Part shown: positions 51,660 to 64,000 of the stretch, piece by piece | Layout of the letters: every line of letters begins with the position of its first letter | Position numbering within the stretch: the stretch's first letter is position 1 | Assembly: GCA_951406725.2 (NCBI GenBank) | Contig: OX597817.1 | Location: 47,182,001-47,246,000 of the forward strand | Origin: Octopus vulgaris | Taxonomy: Eukaryota | Length of the DNA: 64,000 bases | Direction of reading: 5' to 3' | Made by a program: the position numbers and the translations under genes | The notes under the pieces: generated by a model | What the model was told of the DNA's origin: nothing | Database searches by the model: none | Seen by the model: only the letters and a program-made list of their open reading frames with translations

Positions 51660-53730
51660 TGGTAATCAAAAATTGCAGATTGACAGGACTGACAGTAGCG
51701 TATTTGGATTATGAAGAAGCATATGGCATGATGGCACACATGATGGCAGAAAATATGAAGAAAATGATCAATGAAAATATGAGACACTGGAGCTATGATT
51801 TGACCGGAGGAAAGTAAAACTTGGGAAAGTGAACATCAGACATGGTATATTCAAGGTGAATTAAGGCGGCAAGCTGGCAGAAATGTTAGCACGCCGGGCG
51901 AAATGCTAAGCGGTATTTTGTCTGCCACTACGTTCTGAGTTCAAATTCCATCGAGGTCGACTTTGCCTTTCATCCTTTCGGGGTCGATAAATTAAGTACC
52001 AGTTACACACTGGCGTCGATGTAATCGACTTAATTCGTTTATCTGTCCTTGTTTGTCCTCTCTGTGTTTAGGCCCATGTGAGCAGTAAAGAAATAGGTGT
52101 ATTCAATGTGAAAGCTTATCTCCATTACTAAATTGTATTAGCCATGGTGCAGTCCAGTCTGGTATTATGGAAAATCAAACTAGCTTAGGATTTGGGAAAA
52201 GGGTTTGATCAGATAATTAATCTCTGGTTTGTGGATGATTTAAAACTTTATGCAAAAAATAAGAAGGAGCTGGAAAGGCTTGTGTGTACTGCTCACACGT
52301 TCTCACATGATGTAGGAATGGAATCTGGGCTTGAAAAAGTGAGCTATTTTGATAATGAAATGGGGGAGATTTGAAGAAAGCTAGGGGACTGAAATGCCAA
52401 GTGGACAAACAATGAAATTGGTTGAGAAAGGACAGGGGTATAGGTATTTGGGAATGCTGGAGGCAGATGAAATAAAATATGAGAAATGAAGCAAACTGCA
52501 AATATAGAAGGAGAGTGAGAAAAATATTACAGTCAAGGTTGAATTCAAGAAATGTTATTGAAGCAATTAATTAAAGAGAGGTGCCAGTTATTAGATATGG
52601 AGCAGGAATTGCAGATTGGACAAAAGGTAAATGCAGAAACTTGACAGAAGAACTAGAAAACTGTTGAGGGTGTATGGAGGCCACAATCTGAAAGCTGATG
52701 TCATCCAGTTATACTTGAATGGTGAAGAGGCTTAATTGGTGAGGAAGAGAGTGTGCAGATGGAATGAAGGCGTTTATTTGATTATTTGCAAAACAGCACA
52801 GAAAAGTTACTAAAGGCAGTTAATAAGGTGAAAAGAACAAATTGAAATTCAGAGAACAAGTTGAACAGATTGAAGGGTAACCTTTTTTTTTGCATGTCAC
52901 TTCTGAAAAACCACAAGGATGTATGTGGAACAAAATCCTGGGCTTGGTTGAAAAAAGGTTAATTGGAAAAAGAAACAGAGAGCTTTATTAACCAGCTCAA
53001 GATCAAGTGCTACAAACAACTTGAGAAAGTATGTGTATGGGAATAAGGTGTCAGCAAAATGTATGGTATGTGGAATTTGAGACGAAAATATGGCACGCAC
53101 TGTTGCAGAATGCCATGGGTTGGCTAAAGGAAAATATAAGAAATGGAGACACAATTGACTTGTGAAAGCTTTACACTGGAAGCTTTTCTCAAAAATGGAG
53201 TTTTGAAGCAGGAAGTATATGGTATAAGCATTGGGTACAAAGAATATTTGAGTCAGGAACATGTAAGATTTTGTAGGATTTTCTCATTTAAATGGATAAA
53301 AGGATAGAATATAAGAAGCTGGATATTACAATAATAGAGAAGAAAAATCGAATTTGTATCTTGATTGATCCATTATGTCCCCTAGATACTAGGACTGCAA
53401 AGAAAACAGATAGAAAGTTGAAAAAATACAACCCCTTATAAGTTGAGATTCCAAGGATTTGGAACGAAATCTATAAAGATTGTATCTGTAATAATTGGTA
53501 CCTTAGGGACTGTGAGTGACATAAAAGGTAAATGGATAAAGGAGATTCAAATGGAATATCCTGTGCAGCTTATACAGAAGGTTTGTTCCTTAGAGACAGA
53601 AAAGATCATGCGAAGAGCTTTCAAGAACTTGATCGCTTACTGAAATCATGTGGCTATCTAAGGATACAGGGAGTAACCCACTACAAAACTCTGCTAGGAA
53701 TAAGATCAATCCTGGGTCAAAGTGAAAATA
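51660..53730 (+). pseudogene. Decayed Dong/R4 LINE (RT, CCHC knuckle, REL endonuclease, 3' UTR) with nested family B SINE 51863-52095
   Basis: LDYEEAYGM, NIRHGIF, FVDDLKLYAK, YLGMLEAD, KCMVCG..VAECHGLA..RH..LHWKL, KLDITIIEK..LIDPLCP, VSVIIGTLG. SINE TSD at 51844-51860 / 52096-52112. Confidence 0.88.
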
Positions 53731-54579
53731 CTACTACTATTAATAATAATGATGATGATGATGATGTGGACCACATTCTTGGCAGTCCAAAAATAAACGG
53801 ATTGTAAAAGATTATTCTTATGGGTATCTCACATACTCTTCTCCAGGTAAGTGGTACCTCACCTGTTTGCAAATTTAGATGAAAAATCTTACTGCTTCAT
53901 TACATTGTCATCCTCGTCGTCATTGCCGCCACTGCCATTGTAGTTGTCGTCATCATCATCATCATTATTCTTAAAAGCAGGGAGCTGACAGAATCGTTAG
54001 CATGCTGGATGAAATGCTTAGCGGCATTTCATCCATCTTCAGTATCTGGGTTCAAATTCTGCTGAGGTCAACTTTGCCTGTCATCCTTTTGGGGTCAATA
54101 TATTAAGTACCACTGAAAAACTGGAGTCGATATAATCAACTAGCCGCCCCTCTCACCCCAACAAAATTTCAGACGTTGTGCCTTTAGCAGAAACAGTTGT
54201 TATTGTTGTTGTTGTTGTTGTTGTTAAAAGGCAGTGAGCTGGCAGTATGTGAGAGAGCAGTGCATGCCATCAAAGTGACACTGGGGCAAAATATACAAAG
54301 CCCAGTATACCCATCATGACTATCCATCGGATAAGGGTACACTAGGCACATGCATCACAACCATATGTGCGCGACATGGTGATCTCATATCAAGATAAAC
54401 AGTGCATGACCTTGCAGGTGGGTCCAAAAATTCTTTCTTCATGCTGAGTAGCCCAACCCACTCAAAAGGTCCCCGAATAAGGGTTGTTTAAGGATGTTGA
54501 ACAAAACCCCAATGTTTCCAAAGGTGAATTATCCAAACCCCAAAGAATTCCTTTCAACACATGGCTACGATGTTCCCCA

Positions 54580-54623
<44 letters not shown>

Positions 54624-54796
54624 TACTACGACTACTACTACTATTATTGCTATAAACTGCACGGAAATTTATAAATCAGAAGAATGGTAGCAACAACAGT
54701 GACAGGGTAACATGCAGCCACACACACAGAATCTCACAAATAACGAACTTAATGGACATGATAATGACATCAACAAATATCATAATGCCACACATG

Positions 54797-54990
54797 GAGG
54801 AGGAGGAGGAGGAGGAGGAGGAGAGGAAGAAGAAAGAGAAGAGGAGAAGGGAAGAAGAGGAGAAGAGGAAGGAGAAGAGGAGAAGAAGAAGAGGAGGAGG
54901 AGGAGAAGAAGAGAAGAAGAAGAGGAGGAGAAGAAGTGGAAGGAGAAGAGAAAGAAATGGAAGAAGAAGAAGAAGAAGAAGAAGAAGAAA
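54797..54990. repeat. (GGA/GAA)n purine tract
   Basis: Direct reading. Confidence 0.9.
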
Positions 54991-55809
54991 AAACAAAAAA
55001 ATGAAAAAAAAAACAAGATGGTTTGTGCAGTGAGACTTTTAACTGCATCAACACTAATAAATTAATAAATTATCCTTGAAATTAGTGGATGTCACTCAAC
55101 AAAACAACGAAAACAACCAAAGGGAAAAAAAACACACACACAAAAAAAAAACAAAAACGAAACAAATGTAATCTTTGTTTTGTTTGTTTTTAACTATCAT
55201 CCAATCAGCTGTCTCAATTTGCAATTACCGTCCAATAATAATGATAATAACAACAACAACAATAGCAACATCAACAAAGAAAAAGAAGAGATTAATAAAT
55301 ACAGTGAAAAAAAAAACACAAATTCATCAACTTGTAGGAAAAATGAGAAACAAAACAACAAAAGTAAACACACAAAAAAGTAAATCTAATTAGCCAGTGA
55401 TATTGTCATGTTTTTTCATACAAACACACATAAACATATTGGGAAAACAAACAAACACAAAATACAAAGAAAAACTCTAACTGCAATAAGTACATGCAAA
55501 AAAACAAAATATTAAAAAAACAAATCAACAAACCCATAAAATATATAAGTGAGAAGTGATGATGGTGGTGGTGAGGGGTAGTAATTTGATTAGAGCCACA
55601 ATGGTTCAAATCAACATTAAGGCGTTTTTATTATCACATAGGAGATGTGATTTGGCATATATCTATATCTAGCTGTCTACTTATAACCCACCCCCTATAT
55701 GACAATATATATATATATATAAACATATCATCATACACACACACACACATACATACATATATATATACATACATATATATTTCTACACATACATAATATA
55801 TGTATACTC

Positions 55810-56214
55810 TCTTTACTCTTTTACTTGTTTCAGTCATTTGACTGTGGCCATGCTGGAGCACCGCCTTTAGTCGAGAAAATCGACCCCAGCACTTATTCTT
55901 TGTAAGCCTAGTACTTATTCTACTGGTCTCCTTTTACCGAACTGCTAAGTTATGAGAACATAAACAAACCAGCATCAGTTGTCAAGCGATATTGGAGGGA
56001 TAAACACAGACACACAAACACACACACATACATATATATATATATACATATATACGGCAGGCTTCTTTCAGTTTCCATCTACCAAATCCACTCACAAGGC
56101 TTTGGTTGGCCTGAGGCTATAGTAGAAGACACTTGGCCAAGGTGCCACGAAGTGGGACTGAACCCGGAACCATGTGGTTGGTAAGAAAGCTACTTACCAC
56201 ACAGCCACTCCTAC
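55810..56214 (-). mobile_element. SINE family A
   Basis: Full length. Confidence 0.85.
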
Positions 56215-56259
56215 ATATATATACATGTATGCTTGTGTGTATATATATATGTATATATA

Positions 56260-56467
56260 CAGACTGTCCCAGAAGTCACGCACCACCCTGGTTTTTAAAA
56301 GAATACACCCTTACTGATTTCAAAAACACGTTATTGAAATTAATCCTAACAAATGCTCGAATTGAGCACCCTCTACAATAAAACATGCTGAAAAAATATA
56401 ATAAAATAAAATGCTTTAATTATTTTAAATGAAAACCAGAATGGTGCATGACGTCTGAGACACCCTG
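56260..56467. mobile_element. Tc1/mariner-type MITE
   Basis: TA-flanked TIRs CAGACTGTCCCAGAAGTCACGCACCA / TGGTGCATGACGTCTGAGACACCCTG. Confidence 0.75.
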
Positions 56468-56968
56468 TATATATACATACACACACATATATATGTATAT
56501 ACATATATATGGGTGTGTGTATGTACAGAAAGCAAGAAGAGGTACAGATGGACTGACAGATGGATGGAGGGAGAGGAAGAGAGAAAGAGAAAGATAAAGG
56601 CAATAATTGAGAGCTGGGCATGCTCAGTATAGAAAACATATAGTAGTACTCAAAAAGATTTAGACTTCAATTTCAAATTCTTTATGCCAGATAAGACCTG
56701 TGCTGCCAAGAATGGTTAAAAGAGAAATCCAGATCAAGCTGATATGGAGGTAAACACAGTTGGGCTTGGTATAAATAAACTGACAGAGAGCACAGGGAAA
56801 AATACAGGATAAATGTACAGAATAGGATAAGAAAATATGTAATTTCAAAACTCAACAGCTGTTTCAGGAAGCCCAGAGTTATTTAATAATCATGATAATC
56901 ATAAATTGCAAATGAAATGGACAAAAAGTCATGGGTATGTAACTGGTAACCAATCATATGAATATATT

Positions 56969-57366
56969 CTTTTCTACTCTAGCCACAAGGCCCAAAAATT
57001 TTGGGGGAAGGAGTCAGTCGATTAGCTCAACCCCAGTACACAACTGGTACTTAATTCATCGACCCTGAAAAGATGAAAGGCAAAGTCGACCTCAGTGAGA
57101 TTTGAACTCAGAACGCAGCGGCAGACGAAATACCTATTTCTTTACTACCCACAAGGGGTTAAACACAGAGAGGACAAGCAAGGACAGACAAATGGATTAA
57201 GTCGATTATATCGACCCCAGTACGTAACTGGTACTTATATAATCGACCCCGAAAAGACGAAAGGCAAAGTCGACCTTGGCGGAATTTAAATTCAGAATGT
57301 AACTGCAGACGAAATACCACTAAGCATTTCACCCGGTGTGCTAACATTTCTGCCAGCTCACAGCCT
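56969..57366 (-). mobile_element. Nested/dimeric family B SINEs (two different tails) within one 25-bp TSD
   Basis: TSD TGGTAACC(A/C)ATCA(T/C)ATGAATATATT at 56944-56968 and 57367-57391. Confidence 0.8.
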
Positions 57367-58029
57367 TGGTAACCCATCACATGAATATATTGCAATAAGT
57401 CCAGTGCCCCACATTAAGAGAAGATTGGTAAATACCCAGGAAACTAAAATTTTCTTGGGAAACTAAAATTTGAACAACAAACTACAAGAGTATAAGTGAA
57501 TGAAATTTGATCAAGAAATGTTGAATAAATTATGCATGCATATAAGAGTGCTGAGAAGGAATATAAGAATGTTATTCTAAATGAACAAATTGCTTACCAA
57601 ACAGATTTTCTGAAGAAAATAATATTCAGTCAATAAGCTGAAATTTGGATGATAAACCACAAAGTAGAATATTCGTGAATATCAGTCACTGGGAGAGCAT
57701 ATACAAACAGTTCATTAATGTCCATATACGCATGTCGTGTAGCTTGCAAATTTTCATATCTTATATAAAAATGTAATATTCCACTTATTTTTTTCTGAAA
57801 ACATACACAGAGTTTGACAAAAGCAAGACAGAGAGGAAATGCATGCACACAACACACACATATAATTTTATGTATTTACTATTGGTTGATAGAAAAATGA
57901 AACACCATCTGATTGCCTTCGAATGCAACTTGAAACGGATTACCCCTATTCATTTGTATTTCAATTACTCATGTAATCCCATTGCATAATAAATATCATA
58001 TATCTATTTTACATGATATAAGAATTTTT

Positions 58030-58290
58030 GGGGTAATAAGATAAAAAACCAAGGGTGTATAGATATTAGAGCATTTATAGATAGAAGCTGTTTCTAGGAT
58101 ATCTATTAATAATATCCCTTCATCAGAGATGGTGTGAGAGGTAAGTTAAGGCATAGTTAGTTTAGATATCCTATATTCGCAATATTACCGAATCTGGTAC
58201 TTTACTATGATCTGTCTATAATACTTATTCAGCATTACCTGACACCTTTGGGTCTCAATGACACCATTATCTCTTATAACTTCAACTATT
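58030..58290 (-). mobile_element. Old Penelope-like fragment with degenerate hammerhead (58084-58129)
   Basis: Minus strand TCT-CTGATGA-AGGGATAT...ATATCCTA-GAAA-CAGCT. Confidence 0.45.
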
Positions 58291-58295
58291 TTACA

Positions 58296-58344
<49 letters not shown>

Positions 58345-59212
58345 CATTCATCATCGTTATTTACCGTACATTTTCCATGCATGCATGGGAAGGACGGTTG
58401 ACAGGAGCAAGCCAGGTAGAAAAACTACCCTAAGCTACTGTGTCTGTTTTGGCAGGGATTTTACAGCTGGATGCCCTTCCTAACACCAATCACTCTGCAG
58501 AGTGGACTCCGTGCTTTTTACATGGCACTAGCAGAGGTGAGGTTAGTTTCGGCATTATTTTTACAGCTGGATGCCCTTCCAAATGCCAAGCACATTACAG
58601 TGTGGACTAGATGCTTTTAACCAACACTGGCAGGTAACCAAGTAACTCGCAAGACAAGGAATTATGAGAGGAGCAGGGGTATTTGAGGAGGGGAACTTAC
58701 CAGAGGATGAAAGGTTAGAGTGTGACACAGAGACAGAATCAGGTATTTTGCCAAAATAAGAGAGGGGGGTATTAGAGGAGGTGACCCAGTATCAGATGAT
58801 GCAAGGTGAGAACTTAGCTGAGAAATAGAGAGGCAGAAATAGGAGACTTGCTATAGAGGAGGTACATGGTTACCCAGTGAGAGAGACGGAGAGAGAGATA
58901 CACACACACACAGACATAGAAAAGAGATAGAGAGTGAGAGAGAGGTACAAGAAAGAGGCCAGAAACATGTGCTGATGTAAAGGAGATATTTGGTTACCTG
59001 GTCTGAGGAAAAACAAGGGAAAGAGTGAGAGAGTAGGAAATAGCAAAAGTGTAAGAGAAAGCAGAAGAGAGATGGTGCAGTGCTAGGGTATACTCACAAG
59101 TAACAAAAATATGAGCATAGAACCTGGGTAGAAAAATAAGATGTGGGTGTTAGGGTGAGGGGAACAGCGATACAGTGAGCAGGGCAGTGAGGGCAAGAAA
59201 TGGGAGTGGAAA
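58345..59212 (-). mobile_element. Older RTE 3' UTR / tail element
   Basis: Shared tail TTTCCATGC..GCATGGG..ACAGCTGGATGCCCTTCC plus a long purine-rich (+ strand) UTR. Confidence 0.65.
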
Positions 59213-59492
59213 ACAATCATAATTTATGCTCAAGGTGTCATACAGTGGGACTGAACCCGGAACCATGTGGTTGGTAAGCAAGCTACTTACCATACAGCCA
59301 CTCCTGTGCCTATGATATACATGGAGGCTATAAATATGGATCAGGTAATTAAGTGGGTGTAAGGCCCCATGAGCTTATGAGTTCTAGGAAATAATATATG
59401 GCTTTTTTTCTGTATCGTTTAAGTTGGACCCAAAACGTTTTCCAGATTTTTCCATCAAGCATTATTTTCTTGTTCTAGTATATGTGCCTATA

Positions 59493-59530
<38 letters not shown>

Positions 59531-59590
59531 CAATAATAATAATAATAATGATGATAATAATAATAATGATGATGATGATAATAATAACAA

Positions 59591-59802
59591 TTCCTACTAA
59601 AGGCACAAGGCTTGAAGTTTGGGGTAGGGGTTAAGTTGATTTCATCAACTCCCAGTACACAACTGGTACTTAATTTATCGATCCTGAAAGGATGAAGGGC
59701 AAAGCTGACCTTGGTGGAATTTGAACTCAGAATGGAATGACAGGCAAAATACTGCTAAGCATTTCATCCAGTGTGCTAATGATTCTGCCAGCTCACCGCC
59801 TT
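59591..59802 (-). mobile_element. SINE family B in (AAT)n
   Basis: Head and core. Confidence 0.8.
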
Positions 59803-60001
59803 ATCAATAATAATAATAATAATAATGATGATGATAATGATGATAATAAAAATAATAAATAAATAAATGAATAAAAAGACAAGAATGATTGATTATCAAA
59901 GTGGATTAATTGGCCAAAAAGCCAATTCTGATTAATTGACAAAATGGCTTCTATGACTGATTACTGATTATCTGCTAATTATTCAGCGCAACCCCAATAT
60001 A

Positions 60002-60340
60002 CAAGAGTCGTACCAAAATAATGCAATTCTGGCCAATGAAATTGCACATATGAAAGGAGTAAATCTTCAGCTTTAGCAACTCTTCCTCTTAATGTTCTTC
60101 ATTCGCAGGCAAATAATGGGTTCCAAGCAGAAGCCACAAGCTGACATCGAGTTCTTGACAAAAGAAAAGATCACGCTGTCGAATAAACACAGGAGGTCAC
60201 AGCTTGTTTACAGAAAGACCCCACTGACAAGAGCAGCGTGATGCAGGGGGATGAAGAAACTTAAAGGAAAGGAAACCAGCATTAAAGATAAACCATGTAG
60301 GAGGAGACCGTCAAAAGATGCCATAATTGACACCAATTGA
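60002..60340 (+). pseudogene. Mariner 5' fragment (irritans-like transposase N-terminus)
   Basis: TA-CAAGAGTCGTACCAAAATAATGCA left end; QADIEFLTKEK..HRRSQLVY / DKSSV / KKLKGKETSIKDKPCRRRPS. Confidence 0.65.
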
Positions 60341-60355
60341 CAGCAAGTGAACAAC

Positions 60356-60848
60356 CAAGGGTTTTCAATCATTTTTTTTTGCCCATGGACTCTTTTCACT
60401 CTTATTTGCTCTAGTTGCCCTCCATAGCCATGCAATGCATAGAAAAAAAAACAACCTACTGTATTTTTTTCATAACTAAATATTATTAGGAATTGTATCA
60501 AAGAAAATTAAAATATTTAGTGTAACGTAGAAGTAAAAGAAATTTACTGCTCATAAATTTTAACAAAATCTTATGTGGATTCCCAAGAGTCACATGGACC
60601 ACAAAGGGCCATATGGACCTCTAATAGCCATATGGACCCCCCAAGAGTCAGATGAACCTCTAATAGCCATATGGACCACGAAGGGCCATATGGACCCCCC
60701 AAGAGTCAGATGGACCACCAAGGGCCATATGGATCCCCAAGAGTCAGATGGACCACCAAGGGCCATATGGACCTCTAATAGCCATATGGACCACCAAGGG
60801 CCATATGGACCCCCAAGAGTCATATGGACCACCAAGGGCAATATGGAA
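60356..60848 (+). mobile_element. hAT MITE (family of 48097-48750) with expanded subterminal GCCATATGGACC minisatellite (60575-60848)
   Basis: Left end CAAGGGTTTTCAATC; shared internal sequence; right TIR missing. Confidence 0.65.
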
Positions 60849-61547
60849 GTTAGTGGAAGGCTTTTAGCAGTGGAAAGTGTGACCAAAATAGGTTTCTCAA
60901 CAGTCAACATTTTGATTTGAAAGGAAAAAAAGGGAGAGGTCTGCCCTAGCCTGCTGAAAGCATTTGAAGGCAATGGAGGCAACTTTTTTTTCACTGATCT
61001 GGTGAGAGAAGATAAAATGAGGGTGTATCTTTACAATCCAGTCCATGGAATGGTATGACAGGATGGTCAGAGCTGGAATGCCTTTAATCAGAAGTTAGCT
61101 TGATCAGGACCAACTTGAAGACAACGATGACATCAACATCATCATCATCATCAACAACAACTCCTGAGCATTGCTGTTTTAAGTCCTTGAACATTTAGAT
61201 CTGATTACCAAGTAGATGAATCCTTCTTGTCTGCTTGCAATTCACCCAAAGGTTTCAAGTTCAATCCCTACTGAAAGTAGTAATTAAATAACAGCAGGTG
61301 AACACATAGGATCACTACCCAGGTGAGCCCACCTCCCTTAGAGTGTCAGGAACAAATGGACCAAAACACTTGTTTCCTGGCAGTCCTTCTTCTTAAGATT
61401 TCTCCTGCTGTCTGCTCACCCTATAGTTTCAGCTCACTATGTTACCAAGCAATATTTGCTCATGTGTTGATTACTGGCTGTAGATTATAGTAGAAGATGT
61501 GGTGGTGATGGTCGTCATCGCTTTCATCATAGTAGTAGTTCTATCTT

Positions 61548-61793
61548 GAGCCCCAGGACTCAGCAAGCCAGTTACCTGGTTTTCATGGCGTATATCCGAC
61601 TGAGGTGACAACTTTCCCTATGGACAGGACACCAGTCCATCACAGGGTAAACACATTTACAGCTGAGTAGACTGGAGCAATATGAAATGAAGCATTTTGC
61701 TCAAGAACACGATACATCACCCGGTCCAAGAATTGAAACCACGATCTGGTATTGAAAGTGTAACACCCTAAACCACCAGGCCATAGCACCTTC
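61548..61793 (-). mobile_element. SINE family C
   Basis: Reverse complement of the 22487 family head and core. Confidence 0.7.
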
Positions 61794-61854
61794 ACTCGAC
61801 TTGAAGACTAAACAACAACAACAAAACCAACTCCTACAGAATTCATTTTTTTTA

Positions 61855-62360
<506 letters not shown>

Positions 62361-63040
62361 GATTCTTATCAGAGACTTTCTTGGGTCAGCTAAAGATTTA
62401 CAAACCATTTTCAATATCCAGCAAATAACCAACCTAACCACAGAGCCATCACATTCAGTTTTTTTATGTTTTTTTTCTATACAAAAACACGACATGGTAA
62501 CAATGCTATGTGATTGTTTAATGCTTTCTTTCTTTCTTTGTTATTTTTGTGTTTTTTTTCATTTTTCTCTTCTTTTTCTTTTTCTTTTCTCTTTTACTTC
62601 AGCCATGTTTTAGGAGGGGGAAAAAAAAACCCCGTCCCTTTTGTCGAAATAATTACAACTGTAAATCTTCCCATCACCACCACCACCACCACATACATAT
62701 ATGCCAAAAACAAAAAAAAAAAAAGAGGGGAAAACAAAATTGGTGAAGAGATAGGGGGTTCTGATGGAAAATGGTGAGAAGTGAATTTCCTTAGCTTATT
62801 ACATCTTTCCTTTCTTTTTCCATTTCTCATCTTCTTCTTCTCCTTTTTCTTCTCCTCCCTCGACTCCACCCCCACCACCTTTCTAATCCTCCGCTCCACT
62901 TACTCAATGGCTGACAAGAACATACCAATTGGTACCATTTTACCAATTACTTTAAGCAAAATGCAAGGTGGTTATTTTCTTAAAATAGAAAAAGAACAAC
63001 GAAGACAGCAGTAATGACAACGATGGTGATGAGGAGGCAG

Positions 63041-63080
<40 letters not shown>

Positions 63081-63944
63081 TAATAATAATAATAATAAAG
63101 AATAGCGAAAAAGATAAATTGTCATTTCACCAGTTCGTTTATTTTCCCTGTCTTGTTTGTTCATGCACCTGCTTTTACCCCCAACTCCCTCTCTCTTTTT
63201 CTCTCTCCTATTTCTCTCTGTCTCTCTCTCCTTCTATTTCTCTCTGTCTCTTTTTCTCTCTGTCTCTTTTTCTCTCTGTCTCTCTCTTTCTATTTCTCTC
63301 TCTCCTATCTCTCTCCCTCTATTTTTCTCTACACTTTCACACACTTTCATCTTACTGTCCCACTATGTCACACAAAGTCTTTCACATGCACACACACATA
63401 CACATGCATGCGCGTGCATGCATGCACATGCACACGCAAAGTGAAACGCCGGCACTGCTGCATGTAAAAATGTTCTTCTCTGCAATGACGAAAACTGTTA
63501 AAATATTCTGTTGATTTAATATTGTAAACAAACAAATACAACACAATACAATACAAACAAATGTTGATTCTTTTTAAAGAGAAAAAAAAATCACATATGG
63601 ACCTTTAAAAGCCATTTAATAGAGCACTTATAAATTTATGACTCATTATATACACACATATATTTGTAATCACCCATATGTATATAGACACTCAAAGACA
63701 AACATACATAAATACATATACATACATATGCAAACATACAGATGAATGCAAATCTATGTGCACATATATATATCTATATATATATATATGTATATGCATA
63801 CATAAATATATATATATGCACATTATATATATACATATATGCACATTATATATATATATATATGCACATTATATATATACATATATGCACATTATATATA
63901 TATATATATGCACATTTTATATATATATATATATATATATGCAC

Positions 63945-63975
<31 letters not shown>

Positions 63976-64000
63976 CACACACATATATATATATATACAG

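Noticed and set aside
60573-60994. Collagen-like GP-rich ORFs
   Set aside because: Arise from the hAT-derived minisatellite; no sustained Gly-X-Y register.

Overview
AT-rich, microsatellite-saturated eukaryotic DNA. The SINE, RTE-tail and Dong/R4 repertoire is what I recognise from octopus (coleoid cephalopod) genomes; this taxon call is an inference from repeat content. No host protein-coding gene is confidently supported. Nearly all listed ORFs are translations of (TA)n/(CA)n/(AAT)n/(GA)n repeats or of SINEs. The window contains decayed Dong/R4 and RTE LINEs, several tRNA-derived SINE families, a full-length DD36E Tc1-type transposon, mariner, hAT, piggyBac, possible Merlin and Helentron non-autonomous elements, and a solitary 5S rRNA copy. 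Most notable: (1) many Penelope-type minimal hammerhead ribozyme motifs from about 7 unrelated families, including a six-copy 60-bp tandem array in which each monomer is hammerhead-shaped; (2) a young 428-bp tandem array whose monomer carries an ETS-TATA-Inr core promoter plus a 40-codon ORF and is fused to an RTE 3' tail; (3) a mariner whose interior was replaced by copies of neighbouring DNA; (4) a SINE flanked by a 160-bp direct duplication. A few weak minus-strand exon candidates suggest the window may be intronic. All calls were made by eye; coordinates of decayed elements are approximate.
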